Shown piece after piece: positions 51,499-60,030 of a stretch of DNA of 64,000 bases. Source of the DNA: Desulfuromonadales bacterium (GTDB lineage Bacteria; Desulfobacterota; Desulfuromonadia; Desulfuromonadales; JACZKF01); assembly GCA_041677125.1 (NCBI GenBank), contig JBAYQP010000006.1:30480-94479 (forward strand). Reading direction: 5' to 3'. Positions within the stretch are counted from its first letter, which is position 1; the number at the start of each line of letters is the position of its first letter. The notes under the pieces are model-generated. The model made no database searches, was not told the origin of the DNA, and saw nothing but the letters and a program-made list of their open reading frames with translations. The position numbers and the translations under genes are program-made.

Positions 51499-53964
51499 CT
51501 ACAATCTCTTCCGCAGCCGGTTCAGCAGCAGGCTGTTGGTCACCACCGAAACGCTGGAAAAGGCCATCGCCAGCCCGGCGAATTCGGGGCGCAGAATCAG
51601 GCCGAAGACCGGATAGAACACACCGGCGGCGACGGGGATGCCGACGATGTTGTAAAAAAAGGCCCAGAAGAGGTTCTGCTTGATCTTGGTCAGGGTCCGC
51701 CGGCCGAGGCGGATGCCCCGCTCGACGTCGCGGATATCGCCCTTGATCAGCACGATGTCCCCGGTCTCCTTGGCCACATCTGTGCCGCTGCCGATGGCGA
51801 TGCCGATATCGGCGCGGGCGAGGGCTGGGGCGTCGTTGATGCCGTCGCCGACCATGCCGACGAAACGGCCCTGCTCCTGGTAGCGGCGAACCACTTTTTC
51901 CTTTTCTTCCGGCAGGACTTCCGCCTCGATCAGGTCGATGGCCAATTGCCTGCCGACCGCTTCGGCCACCGTCCGCCGGTCGCCGGTGATCAGCGCCGTC
52001 GTTATCCTGAGCTTCTTGAGCTCGCCGATGGTTGCGGCGGCTTCGGGCTTCAGGGTGTCGGCCAGGGCGATCAGCCCCAGCAGGCTGCCGTCGCGGGCGA
52101 CGTGAATGAGCGATTTGCCTTCCGCCGCCAGCGCCTCCGCGCGCTCCCGCAGCGGCTGCGGATCCACTTTCTCCTCCCGCAGCAACCGTTCGTTGCCGAC
52201 CACCAGGCGCGCACCATCGAGGGTGCACACCAGGCCGTGACCGCCATGCTCCCGAACCGCCGCGACGGCGGGAATCGTCACCCCCTCCTGGTTGGCCGAT
52301 TGCACCACCGCCCAAGCCAGCGGATGACTGCTGGCCGCTTCGGCCGCCACCGCGCTCGTCAGCAGATCCTGTCTCGTCACGCCGGCCATGGTGACCAGAT
52401 CGGTGACGGCGAACTTGCCCTGGGTCAGGGTGCCGGTTTTATCGAAGAGCAGCACATCGAGGCGGGAGATGTTCTCCAGCACCGTCGCCCTCTTGAAAAG
52501 GATGCCGGCGGAAAGACCCACCGAGCTGCCGACCATGATGGCCGTTGGGGTAGCCAACCCGAGGGCGCACGGACAGGCGATGACCAGAACGGCGATCGCC
52601 AGTTTGAAGGCGAACAGGAATTCGGCCCCGGCCGCGTAACGCCAGATGAAAAAGGTGAGAAGGGCGATGCTGACCACCGCCGGCACGAAATAGTTGGAGA
52701 CGGTGTCGGCCATACGCTGGATCGGCGCCTTATCCGCCTGCGCTTCGGCGATCAGGCGGGCGATCTGCGCCAGCGCCGTTTCTTCGCCGACGCGGGTGGC
52801 GCGCACCAGCAGACGGCCGCTGAGATTGATGGTGCCGCCGGCAACCTCCGAGCCCGGCTCCTTGGCCACCGGCGCCGACTCGCCGGTGAGCATCGACTCG
52901 TCCACCGCCGACGCCCCCTCCTCGACAACGCCGTCTATCGGAAATTTTTCTCCCGCCCGCACGACAACTCGGTCATCCACCCGCACAGCGGCGGCGGCAA
53001 TTTTCTTTTCCCCTTCGGCGCACTGGACAACCGCCTCGTCCGGCTGCAGCCGCAACAGGGCGCGCAGGGCCTGCCCCGCCTTCCCCTTGGCGCGCGCTTC
53101 GAGCCACTTGCCGAAGCGGATAAAGACGATCAGCATCGCTCCGGTTTCGAAAAAAACCTCGCCCTCCGCCCCGAACCAGCCGAAGGCGGCAAAAACCGAA
53201 TAGAAATAGGCGGCGCTGATGCCCATCGCCACCAGCACGTCCATGTTCGTCGAAGCGTTCTTCAGCGAGGTCCAGGCGCCACGATAAAAGATCAGGCCGG
53301 CGGAGAACTGCACCAACGTCGCCAGGGCGGCCATGACCCACATGGTCGCCGCCCCGAAGGGATGCCACCACATCAGCGGCATGATCGGCGCGGTCAGCAC
53401 GGCGGCGTAAATCAGCCAGTTGCGCTCCAGGCGCGCCTCTTTCTCCAGGTCTTCGGCGCCGACCGCCGGCAGCGGCTGGTAGCCGACGTCGCGCACCGCC
53501 TGAAAAATCTCCTCGCGACCGCTTTGCCCCGGATGGAAGGCGACGGAGCCCGATTCGCCAGCGTAGCTGACCCTGACCGACTGCACGCCGGCGAGGGAGC
53601 GCAGCTTCTTCTCGATACTGCCGGCGCAGTTGGCGCAGTGCATGCCGCGGATGGCGAAGCTCAACCGCTCCGTCTCCCCGGCCCGTTCCGGAGATGGCAG
53701 CGGGGTAGCGGCGATTTCCGGCGGCGGGGAAGCGTCCTTCGGCGCGACGTGAAACCCGGCCTTGACCAGCACCGCCTCCATGTCCGTCGGCCCCGACAAG
53801 GCCGGATCGTAAAAAATCCGGGCCTCCTCCTGTTCGAGGGAGACCCGGGCTTGATCCACGCCATCCAGACCGGTCAGCAGATCGGTGACCTTGCGCACGC
53901 ACTTCTGACAGCTCATCCCGCCAACCGGCAGGACTATTTCACATCGCGCAACCGTTATCGTCAT
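51499..53964 (-). CDS. copA: Copper-translocating P1B-type ATPase with two N-terminal HMA domains
   Basis: HMA motifs GMSCQKC and GMHCANC, membrane CPC motif (ACPCALGLATP), and DKTGTLT and GDGINDAPAL motifs. Confidence 0.95.
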   Translation of the reverse strand: MTITVARCEIVLPVGGMSCQKCVRKVTDLLTGLDGVDQARVSLEQEEARIFYDPALSGPTDMEAVLVKAGFHVAPKDASPPPEIAATPLPSPERAGETERLSFAIRGMHCANCAGSIEKKLRSLAGVQSVRVSYAGESGSVAFHPGQSGREEIFQAVRDVGYQPLPAVGAEDLEKEARLERNWLIYAAVLTAPIMPLMWWHPFGAATMWVMAALATLVQFSAGLIFYRGAWTSLKNASTNMDVLVAMGISAAYFYSVFAAFGWFGAEGEVFFETGAMLIVFIRFGKWLEARAKGKAGQALRALLRLQPDEAVVQCAEGEKKIAAAAVRVDDRVVVRAGEKFPIDGVVEEGASAVDESMLTGESAPVAKEPGSEVAGGTINLSGRLLVRATRVGEETALAQIARLIAEAQADKAPIQRMADTVSNYFVPAVVSIALLTFFIWRYAAGAEFLFAFKLAIAVLVIACPCALGLATPTAIMVGSSVGLSAGILFKRATVLENISRLDVLLFDKTGTLTQGKFAVTDLVTMAGVTRQDLLTSAVAAEAASSHPLAWAVVQSANQEGVTIPAVAAVREHGGHGLVCTLDGARLVVGNERLLREEKVDPQPLRERAEALAAEGKSLIHVARDGSLLGLIALADTLKPEAAATIGELKKLRITTALITGDRRTVAEAVGRQLAIDLIEAEVLPEEKEKVVRRYQEQGRFVGMVGDGINDAPALARADIGIAIGSGTDVAKETGDIVLIKGDIRDVERGIRLGRRTLTKIKQNLFWAFFYNIVGIPVAAGVFYPVFGLILRPEFAGLAMAFSSVSVVTNSLLLNRLRKRL

Positions 53965-55211
53965 CCTGCTTTTTTATCCCCGACCAAACGCAGAAAAGCA
54001 GGTTTTTCCCGTATAAGGTCGAAATCGGAATCACTGCGGGCGTCATCGAGAAAATGCGGCTCCTGGGCGGAAGCCTTGGACAGGGCGCGCACCGCCTCCT
54101 GCACCTTCCCTTTGCGGGCAAAGGCGCAGGCGCGATTGTAATGCGCCAGCGGGTAGCGACTGGTCCGTTCAAGAATGGCGTCGAAACAGGCGAGGGCCTC
54201 ATCCAGACGACCCAAGTCGATGAGCAGATTCCCCTTGTTGTTGAGGGTGTAGATCGACTCGGGATCGAGGCGCAGGCTCTCTTCCAGGGCGACCAGAGCG
54301 CCGGGCAGATCGCCTTCCCGTTCCAGAAGCAGGCCGCGATAGAAGTGCGGCTCCGGGCTGTCCGGATCGATCCGGGCAACCTCCTCCAGCAACGGCCGGA
54401 CCTGGTCGTAGCGCTCCAACTCAATCAACAGATTGATTTTCTCGATGAAAACCTCGTAAAAATCCGGATCCCGCTCGATTGCCGCATCGAAATCCCGTAA
54501 AGCCTCCTCCTCCCGCCCGAGACGGCTGAGGGACAACCCCCGGTTGAACCGGTAGGAAGCGGCCCGCGGGTCTTTGGCAATGGCTTTGGCATAAGTCTCG
54601 ATCGCTTCCTCTTCGCGCCCCAACCCGGAGAGAGCGAAAGCGCGGCCGTTCAGACTGGCGGCATCGGCGGGCGACATGGCCAGGGCCTGATCGAAATTCT
54701 CCAGCGCCTCGGCGAACCGCCCCAGGCGGTTTAGCGCATAACCCTTGTTGTAGAAGGCGTCGGAGGCATCCGGCATGCGCCGCAGCGCCTGGTCGTACAT
54801 CGCCAGCGCCTCTTCGGTGCGCCCGAGTTCATCGAGGGTGTTGCCCATATTGATATAGGCTTCGGGAAAATCCGGCTGCAGATCGAGGGAGCGGCGAAAG
54901 TGCACCAGCGCCTCGCCGAAATCCTTGATCCGCTCCAGCAGAACGCCATAGTTGTGATGCAGGGCGCCGTTCTTCGGATCAAGGCGCAGCGCTTTCTGGT
55001 AAAGGGCCAGCGCTTTTTGCTCATCCCCCAGATTGGTGGCGGCGACGGCGCAGATATTCAGGGCCTCCACATCGAGGGGATAGATTTCCAGATATTCCTC
55101 GGTCAGATCGAGGGCGGCGGCGTTGTCGCCGCGGTCCAAGGCCATCTGGGCCAGTTCGAGGGTGTCTTCCTCTTCCTCCTCCTGGAGATATTCTTCGTAT
55201 TCTTCGTCCAT
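53961..55211 (-). CDS. Tetratricopeptide-repeat protein
   Basis: About 10 consecutive 34-aa TPR units (A...Y..AL.L.P....A..N.G). Its stop overlaps the copA start (ATGA). Confidence 0.85.
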   Translation of the reverse strand: MDEEYEEYLQEEEEEDTLELAQMALDRGDNAAALDLTEEYLEIYPLDVEALNICAVAATNLGDEQKALALYQKALRLDPKNGALHHNYGVLLERIKDFGEALVHFRRSLDLQPDFPEAYINMGNTLDELGRTEEALAMYDQALRRMPDASDAFYNKGYALNRLGRFAEALENFDQALAMSPADAASLNGRAFALSGLGREEEAIETYAKAIAKDPRAASYRFNRGLSLSRLGREEEALRDFDAAIERDPDFYEVFIEKINLLIELERYDQVRPLLEEVARIDPDSPEPHFYRGLLLEREGDLPGALVALEESLRLDPESIYTLNNKGNLLIDLGRLDEALACFDAILERTSRYPLAHYNRACAFARKGKVQEAVRALSKASAQEPHFLDDARSDSDFDLIREKPAFLRLVGDKKAG

Positions 55212-55296
55212 AACGTCTCCGGATGCGGAATTTCCCGGCGAAACATCGACCGGGTGATGTTCAATATATCAGAAATGGGCAAGGCACTGCACCCCT

Positions 55297-55707
55297 TTAT
55301 CCAAAGGGCGATCGCCGCCGCAAGGAGAGCTTAACCTCGAAGGGCCACAGGAATCGATAAAAATCGCCGATCCCCCCTTGGCAAAGCAAAAAGGCGCGGG
55401 AACCGGCGGGGAAAAAAGGATCCCCGACTAAAGCGCCGGGGCCGAAGAGGCCAAGGATCAGAGGCCGGCCCGGCCGGGGACCGTTTCGACCATCAATTGA
55501 AGACGCCCGTGGACAATGAGCCCCAGACGGTCGTCGGCCGCCCCCTGGCGCCAGAGAAAATCGCCAATGGAAAGGCGTTGCCAGCTCACATGCCGACGAA
55601 GCAGGACCCACGTTTTTACACTTCAGCCCGGCCCAGGACGCCTCGACGACCTGCCGAGGCGCGCCGCAATCGTCGTCGCTGAAAGGGGAGGCATAATACT
55701 GTTCCAT
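55297..55707 (-). pseudogene. Probable frameshifted cyclic-nucleotide-binding (cNMP) domain gene
   Basis: The open 136-aa frame has a nonsense-looking centre. The adjacent frame over 55461-55622 reads ..RLSIGDFLWRQGAADDRLGLIVHGRLQLMVE.., a typical cNMP-binding core. The original frame resumes with ILGLFGPGALVGD (the expected beta-6/7 G.G..fGE motif). Confidence 0.35.
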
Positions 55708-55861
55708 AAAGCGAAATTCCAGCGGATTTTGCAGAAATAAAATGTAGCCGTCGCGACAGTGGGCCCCTCCGGGGCATCCGCTCTCGGCAACAACCTTTCA
55801 TTGTTAACAGAGATTTCCTACTGGCTTCCAGGTGAATTGCCCACAGCCCACGGTGCTCAGG

Positions 55862-55905
55862 GCCTGGCGAATATCTCGCCCCTGATTCCGGGCAGGCATC
55901 TTTTT
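55862..55905 (+). terminator. Branched terminator-like structure with U-tract upstream of tRNA-Pro
   Basis: GCCUG/CAGGC closing stem enclosing two small hairpins (GCGA-AUAUC-UCGC and CCC-UGAUUCC-GGG), followed by AUC-UUUUU. No annotated plus-strand gene lies upstream. Confidence 0.3.
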
Positions 55906-55919
55906 GCTGGAAAAGCCTC

Positions 55920-55948
55920 TTGCTTTTCCATTTCCTTCATGGTATTTG
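55920..55948 (+). promoter_or_regulatory. Candidate promoter for tRNA-Pro (TTGCTT-17 nt-TATTTG with TG extension)
   Basis: -35 at 55920-55925, and TGG-TATTTG at 55940-55948, about 30 nt upstream of the tRNA 5' end. Confidence 0.3.
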
Positions 55949-55978
55949 TTGCGGCCTGTTTACAGATGGAAGTCACGT

Positions 55979-56057
<79 letters not shown>

Positions 56058-56062
56058 AATCA

Positions 56063-56100
56063 AGGGGTTAGCGAGTTTTCGCTAACCCCTTTTTGTTTTT
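56063..56100 (+). terminator. Rho-independent terminator after tRNA-Pro
   Basis: AGGGGUUAGCGA-GUUU-UCGCUAACCCCU perfect 12-bp stem followed by UUUUGUUUUU. Confidence 0.85.
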
Positions 56101-56444
56101 AGTTTCAGACAATTTCAGACATGGGGATGGATGGCGAGGCTTGGCGTTGGGGGCATCCACCCCAGCATATAAGGGCAGTTTTAAGAGGGCTTTGTCGATG
56201 AGTTAGATCAGCTGCTGAGAAGTGGTCCTGAAAAGATCATGGTCGGGTCTGGGGGAGAGCTGAGGGGGATGGAACGACTACACAGGAGATTCGGTGTTTC
56301 CCCCGTGGATAAAGGAAAAGAGAGCCTTCGATGTCCAAACCGAATGGCGCCTACCGATGGCTACGCCTTCGCCTTGTCGCGCGGCCTTCGGGTGGATGCC
56401 CTCGCCTGATTTGATGATAAAGTTGTCACCGAGGAGGTGAGATT

Positions 56445-56672
56445 ATGGTCTTATTCTACGATCCGAAGGACGAAAACGACCTCGCTCGCGTGGAGCGGCT
56501 TCTGCACGATGGCGGGGTGGAGTATTTCCTGGCGGAAGAGCCGGAGAAAGAGATCGGAGCGAAGCAGGTGCATGTCGCCGAGGAGGATCTGCCCACGGCG
56601 GAAGCACTGATCACCGATGATCTGAAACGGAAGAAGGCGGAGAGTTCGATCGTGTTGCCGGGCGGCTCATGA
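56445..56672 (+). CDS. Small DUF2007-like protein
   Basis: 75 aa with a GGAGG RBS. The pattern (V......D...A......L...G) resembles the putative signal-transducing DUF2007 fold; support is weak. Confidence 0.5.
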   Translation: MVLFYDPKDENDLARVERLLHDGGVEYFLAEEPEKEIGAKQVHVAEEDLPTAEALITDDLKRKKAESSIVLPGGS

Positions 56673-56784
56673 GCGGGGGAAAGGAGTTGCGAGCACCTCC
56701 CCTTCCCGCCCGTACCTGGAGGGCCGAAGCAGGCAGGCCACGGCCGTTGCCTGCTTCAGCTCTCCGTCCGGCGGCTCGGGGCTT

Positions 56785-59757
56785 TTATTTGATTAACAGT
56801 TCCGTCATCGCCATCCCGTCCGATTCTTCTCCGCTCCCGGAAGCGGCCAATTGCGGCTCAATGACGAAGAGACGGCCCGCCTCGATTTTTCCCGCGTCGA
56901 CCAGATTGGAAAGGATGGCGTTCGCCCGCGTGAGAGCCAGCAATCTCAATTCCTCCTCCGCGATCGGGAGGCCGCGCAGAAGATAGTTTTCCATCTGCGC
57001 CACTGCCGCGGCCTCATTGTCTGCTCCGGCCGGAAGGAGCGCCGGGGTTTCCCCCTCCGGCGCGGCCTTGAGCGCCTTTCTGTAAACCCTTTCCAAGTAT
57101 CCCGGGTATTCCTTATCACTGACGACGATACTCTGATGGTCGGCTACCGCCCCCTTGCGCCCACCCGTTTCCCGGAGTTTTTCCAGCTTGACGAGTTGCA
57201 GCAGACGGCTTCTGCTCAGCGCCAGACTGTCGAGCCGGGGATCGGCGTGTCCGGAAATATCCATCCGCAATCCGGGCCGCTCGTGGAGAACGTTGGCCAC
57301 CAGAGCCAGCTTTTCCGTTTCCTTCGCCGTCAGTTCGGCCAGGCCCGGCGCAAAGACAACATGCTGCAGGTCGTTCCCCTCGGGTATCAGGCTGCCGAGG
57401 AGTGAAAACGGGGAGGTCGCCGCCTTCGAGATCAGGTTGACCAGGACCTGGATCACCACGCCGCCGACGCTGAACTCGGGGTCGTTCAGGTCGCCTCTGA
57501 CCGGAATGTCGAGGAATATCTCCCCCTGGCGATTTTTAAGGAGCGCAATGGCCAGGCCGACCGGCAGGGAGGTGGCATCGGGGCTCTCTACGCCCTCACC
57601 CAGGGTGAATTGGTCGAGAAAAACCTTGTTGCTGCTCTCCAGCAGGTTCCCTCTTATTTGATAGTGCAAGTCGAAATTCAGCTTCCCTTTTTCGATCTTG
57701 TTGCCGAGGTGCCTGCCGGAATAGGGGGAGAGGGGGCTTAGGTTGAAATCCTTGAAATCGACGGTGAGATCGACATACGGCTCACTGATCAGCGGGTTGA
57801 TCTCGCCGGAGATAATCAGCGGCGCCTGCCGGTCCAGCCGCGCGTCGAGTTTGACTGTCCCCAGTTTGCCCGGTTGCGAGGAGAGCCCGGCAAGCCTGCC
57901 GTTCACCTGGTCGAGGCTGACGCCGTAGCTCGGCTTGATGCTGCGGTCGAGAAACTGGACTTTGCCCTTGTGGATGGCAACTTTGCCGATGGTTATCTTC
58001 CGCTCGGCGGGGGATTCGGCTCCCGCCCCAGGGGCGGCCCCCGCCGGTTCATCCTTTTTCGGGACGGGTTCGGCGAGGGTGGAAAAATTCGGCGTGCCAT
58101 CCTCGTTGATCAGCACCCCGACATAAGGGGCTTCCAGGCGGATCTCTCCGATCGAAAGCTCATCCGGGCTGCCGGAATAGACGATTTGGCTGACTTGAAG
58201 CATCTTCCACTTCAGCAGGTCGTCACCGTTCATGCTGTCCCTGGTATCCAGGCCGGCAAGCGAGCACTCGCCGGCGAAGAAAGGCCCCGGAACCCCCGCC
58301 TCGTCAGGCCTGAGCTCCAACTCTCCCTGCAGGGCAAAGGTGCCGCCGGCCAGAATGATCCTGGCATATTCGGCGACGTAGGGCTGGAAATCCGGCAGGT
58401 TCAGGGACTCGACCGACACGGTGGTTTTCAGCGCCAGGGGGTCGAGGACCAAGGCGCCGTTTCCACTGAGACGGCCGCTCTTGTTCACACCCAGGGAAAA
58501 ACCGATGGCGCCGGTGGTTCCGGAGATGGTCGAGAGATCTTCCGCCCGCAGATCGATCCCGGCGATTCGCACAGTCGCCGGCTTCTTCAGCCCCCCGTCG
58601 CGGAAGGTGACTTCCCCATTGCTGAGGTGGAAGCGGTCGATGGTCATCCTGAGCGGATCGGTGGCGGGCGCCTCCGTTTCCTCTGTTTGCACCGCCTCCA
58701 CTGCGGGGGCGCTATCGGCACGGGCGAGCAGGTCGAAGGGGAGGATTTCCCCGCCGGCAAGACGGGACACCTCCATCTGCGGGGCTTCGAAGCTGACCTC
58801 CGTCAGGCGGATTTCCTTGGCCAGCAGGTCGGAATCAGCCAGAACGGCGGTGACCGACGGAAGTCTCAGGTAGCTGTGTCCCGCATCGTCGGTCACCTCC
58901 AGCGCGCGCAGAGTAACGGTCCCGATCAGGGAGAGCCGCGAGGTCTGGTCGGCGAGGAGCCGATAGGTGAGCCGGGTATCGATATCGAGCAGAGCCGACT
59001 TGAGGCGCAAACGGGTGGGGTTGGGGATATAGGGCAGATATTCCGGGATGTTTATCCCGGACATCTTGAGTTTCAGCTCCGTGACCCGCGATTCGGCGAA
59101 CAATTTGCTCCCCCCATCCAGGGAGATCGGCGTCCCGTTGATCACCGCCGAAAAAACCGGCTGAACCTCACTCTCGATGTTGCTCGGCAGGCTGGAGATC
59201 GCGGGGATCGCCAGGGTGAGATCGGCGATTAGATGGTCAGCGTTTTTGGGGATATCCCGGTAACGGATCGTCCCGCCGGCGATTTCTATATTGTTGATGG
59301 AAAAAAGCGCCTTGCCGCTCTCCTCCTGCTCCGGCTCGACCGATCCCTGCTCCGCCAGCAGATCGGAGAAACTGTAGGTCTGATCATCCAGGCGGCTGAT
59401 ATCGAGGGTCGGTCCGCTCAGGGAAATCGAGCGAACAATGAGCGCTTTTTTGAAGATCGAGAGGCTTTCCACATTGACGTACAGCCGATCGAAAGAAACA
59501 AACTCCCCTGTCCCTTCGCTGTCGGCAAGGCGGAATTCCTCGACGGTTGCCGACAGGGCAAAGGGGTTGAGACGGACCTTGCCGATGCTGACCTGGCGGT
59601 TGAGAAGCTGCGGAATTTTCTTTTCAAGGACTGTTTTGAGAATCAGAGGAGCGGCCAGAAAGCCGAAGAGGATGTAAAAGAGAAAGGCGCTGCCAAGCAA
59701 GACAACAGCTTTATTCCGCAGCTTCAACCCGCGGAATTGCGCAATAGGATTCTTCAT
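56785..59757 (-). CDS. DUF748 domain protein (AsmA-like clan) with OmpA-like C-terminal region
   Basis: N-terminal anchor followed by the DUF748-typical start (..LLNRQVSIGKVRLNPFALS..EF.L.D), a long beta-rich body, and a C-terminal ..ISGHADP...L..RANAI...L...G.I...RLF pattern. Confidence 0.85.
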   Translation of the reverse strand: MKNPIAQFRGLKLRNKAVVLLGSAFLFYILFGFLAAPLILKTVLEKKIPQLLNRQVSIGKVRLNPFALSATVEEFRLADSEGTGEFVSFDRLYVNVESLSIFKKALIVRSISLSGPTLDISRLDDQTYSFSDLLAEQGSVEPEQEESGKALFSINNIEIAGGTIRYRDIPKNADHLIADLTLAIPAISSLPSNIESEVQPVFSAVINGTPISLDGGSKLFAESRVTELKLKMSGINIPEYLPYIPNPTRLRLKSALLDIDTRLTYRLLADQTSRLSLIGTVTLRALEVTDDAGHSYLRLPSVTAVLADSDLLAKEIRLTEVSFEAPQMEVSRLAGGEILPFDLLARADSAPAVEAVQTEETEAPATDPLRMTIDRFHLSNGEVTFRDGGLKKPATVRIAGIDLRAEDLSTISGTTGAIGFSLGVNKSGRLSGNGALVLDPLALKTTVSVESLNLPDFQPYVAEYARIILAGGTFALQGELELRPDEAGVPGPFFAGECSLAGLDTRDSMNGDDLLKWKMLQVSQIVYSGSPDELSIGEIRLEAPYVGVLINEDGTPNFSTLAEPVPKKDEPAGAAPGAGAESPAERKITIGKVAIHKGKVQFLDRSIKPSYGVSLDQVNGRLAGLSSQPGKLGTVKLDARLDRQAPLIISGEINPLISEPYVDLTVDFKDFNLSPLSPYSGRHLGNKIEKGKLNFDLHYQIRGNLLESSNKVFLDQFTLGEGVESPDATSLPVGLAIALLKNRQGEIFLDIPVRGDLNDPEFSVGGVVIQVLVNLISKAATSPFSLLGSLIPEGNDLQHVVFAPGLAELTAKETEKLALVANVLHERPGLRMDISGHADPRLDSLALSRSRLLQLVKLEKLRETGGRKGAVADHQSIVVSDKEYPGYLERVYRKALKAAPEGETPALLPAGADNEAAAVAQMENYLLRGLPIAEEELRLLALTRANAILSNLVDAGKIEAGRLFVIEPQLAASGSGEESDGMAMTELLIK

Positions 59758-59789
59758 CTGGGTCTCCTGCGAAAAGGAAAGAAGCGTGT

Positions 59790-59803
59790 ATTGTAATTAC
59801 AAT
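59790..59803. promoter_or_regulatory. Perfect 14-bp palindrome ATTGTAATTACAAT (candidate operator) in the DUF748/usp divergent intergenic region
   Basis: Self-complementary over all 14 positions. Lies in an AT-rich stretch 33 bp from the DUF748 start codon. Confidence 0.4.
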
Positions 59804-60030
59804 TGTGAAATATGAGCAAGCGGTTCGATGCGATCGCTTCCCAATCGGGGCTGGGGGACAAAGTCGGTCCATCGGGCAGCCGGCACGATTCTTTCCCCAT
59901 AATGACGCAGGGCAAATAAGCTTTGACATATTTCCGCCAAGGCTGCACACTGCTAAGTACAGAAATCATTCAGGAAATGACGCCGTCTGCTTAAATTCGA
60001 CAATCATACCGCTGATGACTGGAGGAGAAA

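Noticed and set aside
59905-59960. ACGCAGGGCAAA string resembling the 5' core (ACGCACAGGGCAAACC) of GEMM-I cyclic-dinucleotide riboswitches, upstream of usp
   Set aside because: It lacks two core nucleotides and has no GNRA-capped P1 helix. The second-half ACGCAAAGCC/GGGUU elements are absent or only loosely matched (CCGCCAAGGCU). It is probably coincidental but could be settled with an RF01051 scan.
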